Positions 37,180 to 47,601 of a stretch of DNA of 64,000 nt are shown in pieces (positions within the stretch are counted from its first letter, which is position 1; every line of letters begins with the position of its first letter). This DNA is from Nitrososphaeria archaeon (GTDB lineage: Archaea; Thermoproteota; Nitrososphaeria; JACIWG01): assembly GCA_050011875.1 (NCBI GenBank), contig JBEKIG010000012.1:1-64000 (forward strand), written 5' to 3'. The notes below the pieces were generated by a model. The model saw nothing but the letters and a program-made list of their open reading frames with translations, ran no database searches and was not told the origin of the DNA. Both the position numbers and the translations under genes were made by a program.

Positions 37180-37702
37180 TAAAGACCGCCTCAGATATCT
37201 GATAATATATCACTTCTCCCCTTCTATCTATAACTGCTATGATAGATTTCTTCCCCATCCTTTTAATATCAATAGCATCCTGTACGATCTTCTCAAATCT
37301 AACATCATTTCCTTCATTTAAAACGAAGACAACATATTTTGCTGTCTTTTTACCATATTCCCCTTTATCGTAGACTCTAAAGTCAACCCCGAAACCGAAG
37401 CCTTCTTTGACAATAAAACCTCTGCTCCTAAGGTCTCTATAGACTAGAAATCTGGTTAGAATTTCCTTATCTTTATTGTAGAGTATGCCTATTAAACTGT
37501 CAAAGTTTATGATCTTCTTCTTTCCAATCACGTCAACCCTATTAATACTGCAAAGATAGAGCGCTTCATAGGGGTTCAACACAAGACTCTTTCTTTCCTT
37601 TTCTCCAAATCCACTCTGGTAAAGTTCTTGGGCATCATCAAAATTTTCAATAACAATGCGATTTAATTTTAACTTTCCAGAAAGTCTTGTTTCCTGACCC
37701 AT
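37166..37702 (-). CDS. endA: tRNA-splicing endonuclease subunit, probably structural (beta)
   Basis: EALYL, VYRDLRSRG, GFGVDFRVY, IDRRGEVIYY. The protein contains no His. Confidence 0.85.
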   Translation of the reverse strand: MGQETRLSGKLKLNRIVIENFDDAQELYQSGFGEKERKSLVLNPYEALYLCSINRVDVIGKKKIINFDSLIGILYNKDKEILTRFLVYRDLRSRGFIVKEGFGFGVDFRVYDKGEYGKKTAKYVVFVLNEGNDVRFEKIVQDAIDIKRMGKKSIIAVIDRRGEVIYYQISEAVFNAEN

Positions 37703-37795
37703 AACTACTCGTCTCTACCATAAAAGCATGATTTAAAGTTCTTGATAAAATAATCCTATTTCGAATATTTTGTTAAAAATAAAGCTTTTAAAGAG

Positions 37796-38119
37796 ATGTT
37801 GGGGAGACTGGGTGTGAATAATTTGAACATCTCTCAGCTAAGGGATGGCATGAAAAAGGTTGATATTGTTGGTAGGATAACTGATAAGCCAGAGCCTCGC
37901 GAAGTAATGTTAAGAACTGGTCAGAAAGCCCGTGTGGCAGACCTTACAATCACTGATGAAACTGGTAAGGTAAAGCTTACTCTTTGGGATGACCAAATTG
38001 ATAAGGTTGATGTTAACGATACTGCTAAGATAGAAAATGGTTACGTCAACAGCTTCAGAGGGGAAATCCGTCTTAACGTCGGACGTTTTGGAAAGCTAGA
38101 TGTTATTACCAACGAATAA
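37796..38119 (+). CDS. ssb: Single OB-fold ssDNA-binding protein
   Basis: DETGKVKLTLW, IENGYV, LNVGRFG. Confidence 0.88.
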   Translation: MLGRLGVNNLNISQLRDGMKKVDIVGRITDKPEPREVMLRTGQKARVADLTITDETGKVKLTLWDDQIDKVDVNDTAKIENGYVNSFRGEIRLNVGRFGKLDVITNE

Positions 38120-38137
38120 GTGTGATGCTGAAAAATA

Positions 38138-40216
38138 CTAGTTATCTGTCTGAATATTCAGTATTGATGCTGAGCCACATTTTGGGCATCTAGAAACGGA
38201 TGTGCTCTTAGCACCACATGTCCCGCAAGAGATAAGATTCTTCCTTACTTTAAAAACACCAATTCTCGAAAGCATATTCTCTATGGCGTCCCCTATGTCA
38301 AGTTCATCGGTTAGTGTTGAAACATCTAATATCGCATGATATCCTCCCTTTGTCTTGTCTATCCTAGCCTGTATCCTTTTAAGAAAGTTCTCATCTTCTA
38401 ATGCCTTAATCCCAAGAACTGGTATTTGTGAATACTTCCCTGTGATTGATAGAGTCTTACTTTGGGCGGTTTCTGGAAAAAGTTCTCTGTCAAGCTCATA
38501 GAATCTTTCTGCTGAGCTATCCACGTAAACTGAAGTGAAGACTCTTGATTTTGTCTTTTCTCCTTCTAGTATTTTCTGAGAAAAATCAATCAGCTTAATC
38601 CACATTTTATTTTGTTCTTCTACGTCTTGGGGTATAAGATATCTTACAAGCTCTTCTAAACCAACCATATTAAGTACTATTTCTATACTGTTCTTTGGAA
38701 AAAGATCGTTATTGTATTCGTAAATATATAAAAGTTTTTTCTCCATCAAATCTATTAGGATATTTTTCCTTGTTTCCATGATGTTATATGTCTTCTGAAG
38801 TCTGATCTTGAGTAGACTCTTAAGGTAGGATTCTTCTGTCCCACTGAAAAAAAATCTTGGTAGATTTAACGCTAGTGAGTGTAGGACTATTGTTCCCGCT
38901 GGTAAAATATCGTTATCATCGAAGTTCTTCCTTATGCCGAGGTAGGAAATAGGTCTGGTTGGCTGTGAAGCGATCATGATGTTTCCTCCATTATTTAAGA
39001 TTGTTATGAACGAACCTAGTTCCTCTTTGAACAAGGTTCTATCGTAGACATTTAGGACCAGCTTTACTCTAGATCTTAGTGTTCCTCTTAGATATAGCAT
39101 GTAGGCATCTATAATGCCTTCCAAAGCCTTCCTGTCGGTCTCAGCATTCAGGTTGATCTGGAAGCTCAAAATGTTTTTAGATATAGGATTTATATTTGAT
39201 ATTGAATTGGAGATCAACTCGTAGACCTTTTCTTTTATCATTTGTCTATCTTGATTTCCACTTATCTGGGAAATGAATTCAACAAAATTTTCGATAACTA
39301 TTTCGTCAGAGGTTTCTTCAAGCATTTTTTTAATAATAAGTTTTATTTTCATTAAAGCAGGTTCATTGTCTTTCTCATTGCTCACCCTTGACATTGCAGG
39401 ATTCTTTACCCCGAACTTGACATCTGACGAAATTAAGCATAACGCATCGAAGAATACACTATCTGGCATTATTCCCCAGCATCCAGAGTTGACAATACTA
39501 ATATCTCCTGAAAGATGCATGTCAAGCGCTTCAGAGCCTATCTGCGTTAGAAGAAGGTAGTCTGTGAATACTGCATCTGCAGCGGCTAATCTGAGGGAAA
39601 GGACATCACCCTCGGAAAGTCCTATCTGATATATTCTTTCTGCTACATCCTTTACGGGTAGACCTAATCTAGTAAGTTTATTTCTATATTCGTCCAAGCC
39701 CTTCTCGACAAGTATTGAGTTTACTAGTTCGCGGATCAAGGGAGCGGTCAAGTGGACATTCTCTAGTTTACTTATTCTTGACTCCGCTTCTGCTGTAATC
39801 TTTGAAGCTAGATCTCTCGGAATATTGGCTTCCCTTATCAACGACTGATAAATCTTGTCGCTGTCGAATTCCTCTATTTTATGTCTAGATGTTCTAACAT
39901 AAATTTTACCTGATGACTGAAGTGCCGCATCCTTCAACTCATTTGTTACGGTAAGTACTACTCTTCCAAAAGGTGTCAGAGAATATTTTCGAGTATTTTT
40001 ATTCAAGGAAATTAAGTTAACAGCAGAGAGAAGTCTCAAATGATAGGCAAACCTACCGGACTCCCTTTTCTTAACAAAACCACAGTTATTCTTTAACTCA
40101 GTATAAGAAAGGGAACCGCTTTTATTCAGATCCCTTAAAATGGTCAAACGTTCATTTGATCCAAGAGCCGAATAGACACTTTCAAAATTGACGAGGTCAT
40201 CAGACATTATAGCCAA
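38138..40216 (-). CDS. wHTH + ATP-cone + degenerate NrdD-like fusion protein
   Basis: N-terminal HTH (RLTIL...SYTELK...FAYHL), ATP cone (EEFDSDKIYQSLIRE...LIRELVN), HLSGDI, LNLPR, C-terminal CxxC-CPxC. Confidence 0.8.
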   Translation of the reverse strand: MAIMSDDLVNFESVYSALGSNERLTILRDLNKSGSLSYTELKNNCGFVKKRESGRFAYHLRLLSAVNLISLNKNTRKYSLTPFGRVVLTVTNELKDAALQSSGKIYVRTSRHKIEEFDSDKIYQSLIREANIPRDLASKITAEAESRISKLENVHLTAPLIRELVNSILVEKGLDEYRNKLTRLGLPVKDVAERIYQIGLSEGDVLSLRLAAADAVFTDYLLLTQIGSEALDMHLSGDISIVNSGCWGIMPDSVFFDALCLISSDVKFGVKNPAMSRVSNEKDNEPALMKIKLIIKKMLEETSDEIVIENFVEFISQISGNQDRQMIKEKVYELISNSISNINPISKNILSFQINLNAETDRKALEGIIDAYMLYLRGTLRSRVKLVLNVYDRTLFKEELGSFITILNNGGNIMIASQPTRPISYLGIRKNFDDNDILPAGTIVLHSLALNLPRFFFSGTEESYLKSLLKIRLQKTYNIMETRKNILIDLMEKKLLYIYEYNNDLFPKNSIEIVLNMVGLEELVRYLIPQDVEEQNKMWIKLIDFSQKILEGEKTKSRVFTSVYVDSSAERFYELDRELFPETAQSKTLSITGKYSQIPVLGIKALEDENFLKRIQARIDKTKGGYHAILDVSTLTDELDIGDAIENMLSRIGVFKVRKNLISCGTCGAKSTSVSRCPKCGSASILNIQTDN

Positions 40217-40304
40217 CCAACCATCAAGATATGGTTAGACAACTAAAAAATGTTTAAGAACAAATCAATAATTATATACACAATATTCCGTAAGACATGA
40301 GTAA

Positions 40305-40380
40305 GGGGTCGTGGGCCAGTCTGGTCTACGCTGCGCGGCTTGGGACCGCGCGGACGTGGGTTCAAATCCCACCGACCCCA
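40305..40380 (+). tRNA. tRNA-Pro(TGG)
   Basis: GGGGTCG...CGCGG-CT-TGG-GA-CCGCG...GGTTCAAATCC...CGACCCC-A. Confidence 0.93.
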
Positions 40381-40711
40381 TTAAAATTGAACAAAGTTTT
40401 TACGCAATTAAATGTTATTATTGTTTTCTAACATCCAACTTATTTATAACAACTTTTTGTTAGCAAACAAAGCGTTAAGCTAAGTTGGAATAGAGTGGTC
40501 ATGATCCAAAAGTTTCTTCTAAGACATCATTTTTGACCGTTTTAATATCATAATTTCCAGGGTTTTGATTACGTCAATGGTTACAAATACGAATTGGAAC
40601 AAAAAGGGAGGGTAACCAAAGTATAAACAGCATGTGTGGTCTTTCTTTATTTTCATTCTCAAGGAAAAGGAAAAATATAACGTTTATATAATAAATGGTG
40701 GTAAAAGCCTA

Positions 40712-40999
40712 ATGAGTGAAGATCAGTTTCGTGAATAGGTCAATAGTAGATCACGCCTACCCTTCGCAGTTAAGGTGCACTCGTTCGTAATTAAGGGTTA
40801 TAACATAATCTTGGTTGATGGAGGACAGTTTGTGTACGAAGAGGCATTGCAGCTGGTGAGAATACTTAACTCCAGGAACCCCTTCACGCAAATCAATGCC
40901 AGTATAATGATTTGGGAACGGAATGGGATTCTTCGCTTGGTCGTCTTGGCCCTGATAGCAGTTATTCTCGCTGTCATTATAATTCTTGCTTGGCGCTAA
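40712..40999 (+). pseudogene. Small C-terminally anchored protein with in-frame TAG at codon 9
   Basis: ATG 40712 with GGTGGT SD is in frame with ORF 40775..40999; TAG at 40736-38; C-terminal TM. Confidence 0.45.
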
Positions 41000-41370
41000 G
41001 CTCCGAACTGTTATGACTTAATGGTAACATAGTATAACTTAGTCACACTTTGGACAGGGATTCTGAGAATGCCAAAGTTAAGGTTTTCAGAAACGTCAAC
41101 CCAAGCATAGATAGCTTTCCTCAGTTTCCATTTGTTTAGAAAGATGAGAATTGGAATATTTAAGAATTTAAAAGTGTTAAAAAAAAGCTATATGTTAGGT
41201 CGCTCGAATAAAATATCGTTAATATTCTCTGAAGATAAATTATTTTTTACGATAGTTTCTCTATGAGCTATATTTAATTTCTCTAAACTTATAATGAAGA
41301 ACTACTCACTGAGAAAAGCCGGTGCCATATGATATAGTTAAGTCTCTATATCGAAAAGAAATGGAAGAAG

Positions 41371-41446
41371 CGGGCCCGGTGGGATTTGAACCCACGGTCC
41401 CCGGCTTCGCAGGCCGATGCCTTAATCCGTACTGGGCCACGGGCCC
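41371..41446 (-). tRNA. tRNA-Arg(GCG)
   Basis: Reverse complement GGGCCCG...TCGGC-CT-GCG-AA-GCCGG...GGTTCAAATCC...CGGGCCC-G. Confidence 0.95.
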
Positions 41447-41655
41447 ATATCTCATTCCCACTATTTCCTTAAAAATGCTATCATGTATTTTCACAGCCTT
41501 CTAAGATAAGTTTAGATTTATCTTTTTTATTCTGTTCTGGCCGGTTAACATATTATCTAAGTTGGGGAACGTTTAATCGCTTTAGTTCCTTAATTAAATC
41601 GGAAAACGTTCTCCACTTTGGGTCAATCGAAAAAAGTTGATTAGAAAAGTTAATT

Positions 41656-41994
41656 CTAAAGAAAACGTGCTTTCTTTAACTCTCCGTTGACTTTGTTAAA
41701 TTCTTTGAAGGTGTCTTTTAATACAATCGGCGCCTTCTTCTGCATGTATCGACCTGAAATAAAAAGGGCCCATCCAACCGCATCTGATATTGTTGGATCA
41801 GGTAACGCTACCAAAGCGATACCGAAGTTAGAAATTTTTTTGCCAACATTTGTTGAATGAGTAATGTTATACACTCTGGGCTTTAGAGAATTCGAGTCTA
41901 TAGAAGATCCTGTTTCCTTTAAAAAGGAATAATGTTCATTATATTCAGTAGACACTTTTTTAATTTTATTGACCTTGTCCGAGGGCTTGTACAT
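41656..41994 (-). CDS. Hypothetical protein
   Basis: 112-aa ORF with a GIALVALPDPTISDAVG hydrophobic hairpin. Confidence 0.55.
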   Translation of the reverse strand: MYKPSDKVNKIKKVSTEYNEHYSFLKETGSSIDSNSLKPRVYNITHSTNVGKKISNFGIALVALPDPTISDAVGWALFISGRYMQKKAPIVLKDTFKEFNKVNGELKKARFL

Positions 41995-42082
41995 TATTGT
42001 GCATGATTATATTATCTGTTAATTAAATCACTAAAGGTTCGAAAAATGCGGTTTAACGTCAAAAAAATTTTAGCATAAAAAA

Positions 42083-43666
42083 TTATTGTTCATCAAGTGT
42101 TGTGAGCAGTATGGTTCGTGCTTTATCAATACCTAAGTCGACAAGGTATGGACCTAGTCTTGGGCCACTTTCCGTGCCTAACAGAATTCTATATAGGAGC
42201 TTAAAGAAATCCTTCGGTTCCAACGAATGTTTTCTTGCTACCTCGAAAACCGCGAACTGTATCTGTTTGGGATCTAGTGTATTAAGGCTTTCCAGGAATT
42301 CGTTCACAAGCTGTTTTTCGCTATCATTTAGAAACATCTTCTTTCTCTCGACTGCCTGCATTTCTTTAGACCATTTTAGTGTCATTCCAATTTTCTGTGT
42401 TAGTTCTGGATCTACTTCCTTTATCATCCCATACTGCTTAAGCTTATTGCTTACATATTCTATTTCTTTACCTTCAGGTGCAACTGCGCACAGCTGTACG
42501 AGTAGAGAATATGGAACATGCTGTGAAGGTTTTTCCGGAGGACTTAGTAGGTTGATGTACTCGTACAGTCCCCTTGTCTTTACGTCCTTCATGTCCTCGG
42601 ACTCATTTTTACTAAAATAGAATTGCTCCAATTGATCCACTTCGTCCATATAGGTCGGTATATCTGAAACTGAAAGAGTTCTCGTACCAACTATTCTCTT
42701 GTAGAGTAAAAGTAAAAGCGATTGAGTTGTCCCATACTCCAACCATGTCTGGGGAGTGAAGACGTTTCCCGCGGACTTGGATATCTTCTTCCCTCCTTTA
42801 TCCAGGAACATTTCATATCTGACGTGATATGGGTTAGGATAGTTCAAGATGTTGTCAGACACCCAGTCATTGACCTTAACCGAATCGGCGATGTCTTTAC
42901 CGTACGCTTCATATCTTATATCGAGAGCAGCCCATCTTGCTGCGAACTCAACCTTCCAAGCAAGTTTACCGTGAGCTTCTGTAACCTTTACCTCACCTTC
43001 ATGACCACATCCTTGTATAAATTTCTTCCTTATCTCAGCCCCTTCACATTTGTATGACACTTTTTGGCTGCCTTTATCGTAGCTTATAGCTTTTGGAAGA
43101 TATATTCTGCCACAATTTTCGCATATCGGAAAATATGGTAGCTGTTCTTCATATTTAGTTTGCCCTGTTATTTCTTCAATAGCTTTACCTATCACATCCA
43201 CTTTTTCTAAAATTTTCACTATCTGGGAATTGTAAGCGCCTCTCTTATAGACGTCTTGTCCGCTCATGAACGTATACTTGATGCCACACATGTCCATGGC
43301 GTCCATAAGCATGGAGCTCATGTGTGACCCATAGCTTTCATGGCATTTGAAAGGATCAGGTATCGTAGAGACAGGATACACTAAATAGTTACTTAACCAA
43401 TCGGGCAGACCGTAGGGTACCTTTCTGAGCCCGTCCATGTCATCTGAGAAAGCTATAAATTCTGACTTGTATCCAAGATTTTCTATGGCAAGCTGAACAG
43501 CCGCCGCTCTTGCGGCATCCGCTAAACTGCCTACATGGGGAATGCCGGAAGCGCCGAGCCCGCTCTCGACACGTATTAGATTCAGCGATCTGTTAAGGCT
43601 CTTCTCTCTCTCAATAACCTTACAGCCTACTAGGTCTATCCACGTACCTTTCCCTATTATTCTCAT
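42083..43666 (-). CDS. lysS: Class I lysyl-tRNA synthetase
   Basis: SGLGASGIPHVG (HIGH-like), DDMDGLRKVP, KISKS, GPRLG. Confidence 0.96.
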   Translation of the reverse strand: MRIIGKGTWIDLVGCKVIEREKSLNRSLNLIRVESGLGASGIPHVGSLADAARAAAVQLAIENLGYKSEFIAFSDDMDGLRKVPYGLPDWLSNYLVYPVSTIPDPFKCHESYGSHMSSMLMDAMDMCGIKYTFMSGQDVYKRGAYNSQIVKILEKVDVIGKAIEEITGQTKYEEQLPYFPICENCGRIYLPKAISYDKGSQKVSYKCEGAEIRKKFIQGCGHEGEVKVTEAHGKLAWKVEFAARWAALDIRYEAYGKDIADSVKVNDWVSDNILNYPNPYHVRYEMFLDKGGKKISKSAGNVFTPQTWLEYGTTQSLLLLLYKRIVGTRTLSVSDIPTYMDEVDQLEQFYFSKNESEDMKDVKTRGLYEYINLLSPPEKPSQHVPYSLLVQLCAVAPEGKEIEYVSNKLKQYGMIKEVDPELTQKIGMTLKWSKEMQAVERKKMFLNDSEKQLVNEFLESLNTLDPKQIQFAVFEVARKHSLEPKDFFKLLYRILLGTESGPRLGPYLVDLGIDKARTILLTTLDEQ

Positions 43667-43707
43667 CTACATATGGGAAAAATTAGGGATGTAATAAAGA
43701 ATTTGCT

Positions 43708-45888
43708 TTACCTGTAGTACGGTTTTATCTCCTTTTCCGGTATCTTTCCTTCTTTTGTAGAGCGAACTCTATTTATCGCTTCATCAACGTGTTTCTGTGT
43801 TATGATAGCCTCGTCAGCGTGCTTCTTAGCGTCTTCAGGTGAAGGATACCTTGAGATGTACTCTTGAACAATCTGTGATACCGCAGTATTCGCCACCGAC
43901 GCAAGATCAGCTCCTGAGAAACCATCAGTCGCGTCAGCGATCCTCTCGATATTAATTTCTGGAGCAAGAGGCTTACCTTTGAAATGTATCTCAAGAATCT
44001 GTTTCCTCGCATCCTTGTCTGGTAGAGGAACAAATATTAGTTTGTCGATACGTCCGGCCCTAAGCAGTGCGGGATCAACCATGTCTATGCGGTTCGTTGC
44101 CCCAAGGACGATAACGTCGTGAAGCTCCTGTATTCCGTCAAGTTCTGTCAGCAGCTGGCTGACGACCCTCTCTGTTACCATGCTTTCTCCTAGACCATAC
44201 CCTCTGACAGGAGCCAGTGAATCGATTTCATCAAAGAAGATTATACACGGCGCAGCCTGTCTACCTTTTCTGAATACTTCACGTATGCCCTTTTCTGATT
44301 CACCCACCCATTTTGATAAGATCTCCGGTCCTCTGACACTGATGAAGTTGACCTCACTCTCTGTCGCGACTGCTTTAGCCAACATGGTCTTGCCTGTGCC
44401 TGGTAAACCCCATAACAGCATCCCTTTTGGCATCACGTACCCGACTTTCTTGTAGACTTCAGGGAAACGTAGAGGCCATTCAACCGCCTCCTGAAGCTCC
44501 TTCTTTACACTCTCAAGTCCACCTATTTCAGCCCATTTAACGTTAGGTGTCTCCAAGAACACTTCCCTTAGTGCGGAAGGCTGCACATCTTTCAAAGCCT
44601 TCTCGAAATCGGACATCGTAACTTGCAGCTTCATCAGCGTTTCATAGTTTAATCTTTCCTCTTCAAGTTTAAGCTCGGGCAGAACCCTTCTAATAGCCTT
44701 CATGCCGGCTTCTTTGCAGAGGTACTCCAGGTCCGCTCCTACAAAACCATGTGTAATAGCGGCGAATCTTTCAATGTCAACATCTTCCGCGAGAGGCATG
44801 TTCCTTGAATGGATCTGTAAGATCTCTAACCTTCCCTTCTTGTCAGGAACTTTTAACTCAATTTCCCTATCAAAGCGGCCAGGTCTTCTTAATGCAGGAT
44901 CAATCGCATTAGGTCTATTCGTCGCTGCTATGACTATAACCTTTCCTCTTGCCTCAAGACCATCCATAAGTGATAAAAGCTGGCTTACTACTCTTCGTTC
45001 AACCTCTCCGGTGACTTCTTCACGTTTAGGTGCTATAGAATCGATTTCGTCGATAAAAATTATAGATGGAGACTTCTCTTTAGCTTCCTTGAATATCTCT
45101 CTTAATCTTGCTTCTGATTCGCCGTAATATTTACTCATTATTTCGGGTCCACCAATACTGACAAAGTATGCGTTGCTTTCATTTGCAACCGCTTTAGCCA
45201 GCAATGTTTTACCTGTTCCTGGTGGGCCAAATAGCAATACACCCTTTGGAGGCTCTATTCCGAGGCGCTCGAAGATTTCAGGATGTCTTAGGGGTAACTC
45301 TATCATTTCACGCACTTTCTGTATTTCATCCCTAAGACCGCCTATGTCTTCATAGGTGATTTGCGGAACACCCTTCAAGGCCTCCCCTCTCTCTGAGATC
45401 ACAAACTCGGTTCTCTTGGTAATTATAACAGAATCAACATTTGGAGCAATTGAGATTACGTTGAAGATCAACTTACTGCCAAAATAGGGGACCATAATGT
45501 TGTCTCCTTTTGTAACAGCAAGACTCTCAAGAACTTCTGCAAAGTACCTTTTATCTAAGGGAGGATAACCTTCAGGTGGTATAAGAGTGATCTTTTCAGC
45601 TGGAAGGGCATTGATTTTCCTTACCATGACCGTGTCTCCTAAAGGAACATCTGCGTTATTTCGTGTGATACCATCGATTCTTATAATGTCTTTTCCTTCA
45701 TCGGATGGGTGCACTGGCAGAACTTTTGCAACAGTTTTCTTTCTACCTCTAATTTCTATTACGTCACCCGTATGAGTTTGTAGAAGGTCCATAATCGAAT
45801 AGTCTACCCTAGCTATTCCACGGCCTACATCGCGTGTATAAGCCTCCATTACCTGAAGTTTTATTAAATCGCTCATGTCCGTCACCAC
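43708..45888 (-). CDS. Cdc48/VAT AAA+ ATPase
   Basis: DVGRGIAR N-domain and two AAA modules ([16 protein letters not shown]). Confidence 0.96.
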   Translation of the reverse strand: MVTDMSDLIKLQVMEAYTRDVGRGIARVDYSIMDLLQTHTGDVIEIRGRKKTVAKVLPVHPSDEGKDIIRIDGITRNNADVPLGDTVMVRKINALPAEKITLIPPEGYPPLDKRYFAEVLESLAVTKGDNIMVPYFGSKLIFNVISIAPNVDSVIITKRTEFVISERGEALKGVPQITYEDIGGLRDEIQKVREMIELPLRHPEIFERLGIEPPKGVLLFGPPGTGKTLLAKAVANESNAYFVSIGGPEIMSKYYGESEARLREIFKEAKEKSPSIIFIDEIDSIAPKREEVTGEVERRVVSQLLSLMDGLEARGKVIVIAATNRPNAIDPALRRPGRFDREIELKVPDKKGRLEILQIHSRNMPLAEDVDIERFAAITHGFVGADLEYLCKEAGMKAIRRVLPELKLEEERLNYETLMKLQVTMSDFEKALKDVQPSALREVFLETPNVKWAEIGGLESVKKELQEAVEWPLRFPEVYKKVGYVMPKGMLLWGLPGTGKTMLAKAVATESEVNFISVRGPEILSKWVGESEKGIREVFRKGRQAAPCIIFFDEIDSLAPVRGYGLGESMVTERVVSQLLTELDGIQELHDVIVLGATNRIDMVDPALLRAGRIDKLIFVPLPDKDARKQILEIHFKGKPLAPEINIERIADATDGFSGADLASVANTAVSQIVQEYISRYPSPEDAKKHADEAIITQKHVDEAINRVRSTKEGKIPEKEIKPYYR

Positions 45889-45893
45889 TACTA

Positions 45894-46406
45894 CTAAATG
45901 ACGCTTATATTTGTAAACCCGTCTTTAAATTCCTTAAGTTTAAATTTTACAGTCAAGATTCCGTTCTTGAATGCACTTAATGCAGAAGACGGCTCCACTT
46001 CAGAGTCAAGAATTACTTCTGCATTATATGATCGATCTTCGTCCTTGGCATCAAGCACCAGTTTATTCGTTGAAGATTTAAGCTGTATTTCTTCCTTTTC
46101 AATTCCTGGCAATTCGAAGATAACAACGAGCTCCTTCCTTTCCTTGTCAATGTACTGATCGTAAAAGGGAGTCCTTACGTCTTTAGATTGCATAAGGCTG
46201 TCTCCAAATTTCGTTAACTTCGGCATGCCATTATCATTCATCTGTATTGAAAAGCCATAAAATCTTGGTTTATCAAGCTCCTTCACATCCTCACTTCTGA
46301 GAAGCATTCTCATCGATTTCTCCACGTCCTCCAGAGCGTTATCTATCATCTCTTCCAGTTCTTCAAAGAAGTCTTCATATTTTTTGTTGTTGTTTTCCTC
46401 TTCCAT
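45894..46406 (-). CDS. hsp20: Small heat-shock protein Hsp20
   Basis: FYGFSI, ELPGIEKEEI, FKNGILTV. Confidence 0.9.
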   Translation of the reverse strand: MEEENNNKKYEDFFEELEEMIDNALEDVEKSMRMLLRSEDVKELDKPRFYGFSIQMNDNGMPKLTKFGDSLMQSKDVRTPFYDQYIDKERKELVVIFELPGIEKEEIQLKSSTNKLVLDAKDEDRSYNAEVILDSEVEPSSALSAFKNGILTVKFKLKEFKDGFTNISVI

Positions 46407-46408
46407 TG

Positions 46409-46447
46409 CTTACCATCAGTTAATTAACTAAAGGTTAACTTTATAAA
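46409..46447. promoter_or_regulatory. Tandem heat-shock operators next to a shared TATA box
   Basis: TTAC-N5-GTTA (46410-22) and TTAAC-N5-GTTAA (46424-38), followed by TTTATAAA (46440-47). Confidence 0.7.
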
Positions 46448-46467
46448 GATTTCTATATCATATACTG

Positions 46468-46914
46468 TTGATGAGTAAAGATAGCATCAAACAGCTCTTT
46501 CAAATTATCGGAACCTACAATAGGTTCAAGATGTTAGAGATGCTTTGCAAGGAACCATTAACAATGAACGAATTAGCTAAAATGCTTAACATCTCTGTAC
46601 CGGCAGTTTTAAAAAATCTTACAGCGTTAGAGGGAATAGAGATTGTAACCTCCAGAAATATTGAAGGTACAGGAGGTCGGCCAAGGAAGGTCTATTATCT
46701 GACCCAGAAGGTCATACCAAAGATCATTATTGATGACGAAATTCAGGCGATCGAATTCTACATAGTGAAACCAAAACCTGGAAAAGAGGAGGTTGTAGAT
46801 AAAAAAGACCTTGAATTAAGAAAGACAGTACTTAAAATAAAGTTGAAAAGATTGGAGAGGAAGAGGTTAAAGATCATCAAAGAACTTGAAAGATTAGATA
46901 ATGTTAGGAGGTAG
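46468..46914 (+). CDS. ArsR-family heat-shock regulator (Phr/HSR1-like)
   Basis: HTH, GGRPRKVYY wing, C-terminal coiled coil; divergent from hsp20-cdc48. Confidence 0.8.
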   Translation: MMSKDSIKQLFQIIGTYNRFKMLEMLCKEPLTMNELAKMLNISVPAVLKNLTALEGIEIVTSRNIEGTGGRPRKVYYLTQKVIPKIIIDDEIQAIEFYIVKPKPGKEEVVDKKDLELRKTVLKIKLKRLERKRLKIIKELERLDNVRR

Positions 46915-46961
46915 TTCCCCGATCAAGTTTATAAGATAAATCTGAACCAAGATCCTAATGA

Positions 46962-47247
46962 ATGAAGACTATTTTAGCACCAATGATGACGGGTACTTTA
47001 GTGAAGGTATCAAAGTACTCTAGCTTATGCGGTATCGGGTAGTCCTGCTGACGCTGTCATGCTTGGAATCCATTCCATTCTGAGGCAAACACCTGATATT
47101 GTTATCTCAGGAATTAATTATGGAGACAATCGCACATTTCAAGACTTTTTCGCAAGTGGTATAGTTGCGATAAGTCTCAATTTGACAGCGGAAATCAAAA
47201 GAGACAGTCTTAACGAACTTGTTGATCCTGTCAAAGAAAGACTTTAA
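46962..47247 (+). pseudogene. surE: surE 5'-nucleotidase pseudogene
   Basis: [31 protein letters not shown]...[13 protein letters not shown], with frameshifts and large deletions. Confidence 0.8.
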
Positions 47248-47263
47248 ACGTTTTAATCAATTC

Positions 47264-47557
47264 TTAGGGTTTGACCTCATCCTTCGAATAGTATTCTACT
47301 GATACGACCGCTGAATCCTTTGAAGACAAAATATAGAGTTTTTTCGCGTCCAAAATCACAAAAGAAGACTGTGGAGATTTGATCAAATTAGCTATCGCAA
47401 TTTCTTTGCCTGAATGCGTTGTGATAGCGACGGTTATCGAAGAGACATTAAGAGTTAGACCAGAAAGGGCATCACCATCTCTGAAGACAAGGAAACCGTC
47501 TTCTATCCCAATAAAGTTTAACTTTACAGGTTGTTCAAAAAGATATTCCGAACTCAA
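47264..47557 (-). CDS. Hypothetical protein
   Basis: 97-aa ORF, TTG start with GGTGTG upstream. Confidence 0.55.
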   Translation of the reverse strand: MSSEYLFEQPVKLNFIGIEDGFLVFRDGDALSGLTLNVSSITVAITTHSGKEIAIANLIKSPQSSFVILDAKKLYILSSKDSAVVSVEYYSKDEVKP

Positions 47558-47601
47558 TTCGTCACACCTTCAGTAACGTTCATAACCTTTGCTTTAATAT
47601 A

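Noticed and set aside
41306-41504. Two short ORFs
   Set aside because: Both overlap tRNA-Arg.
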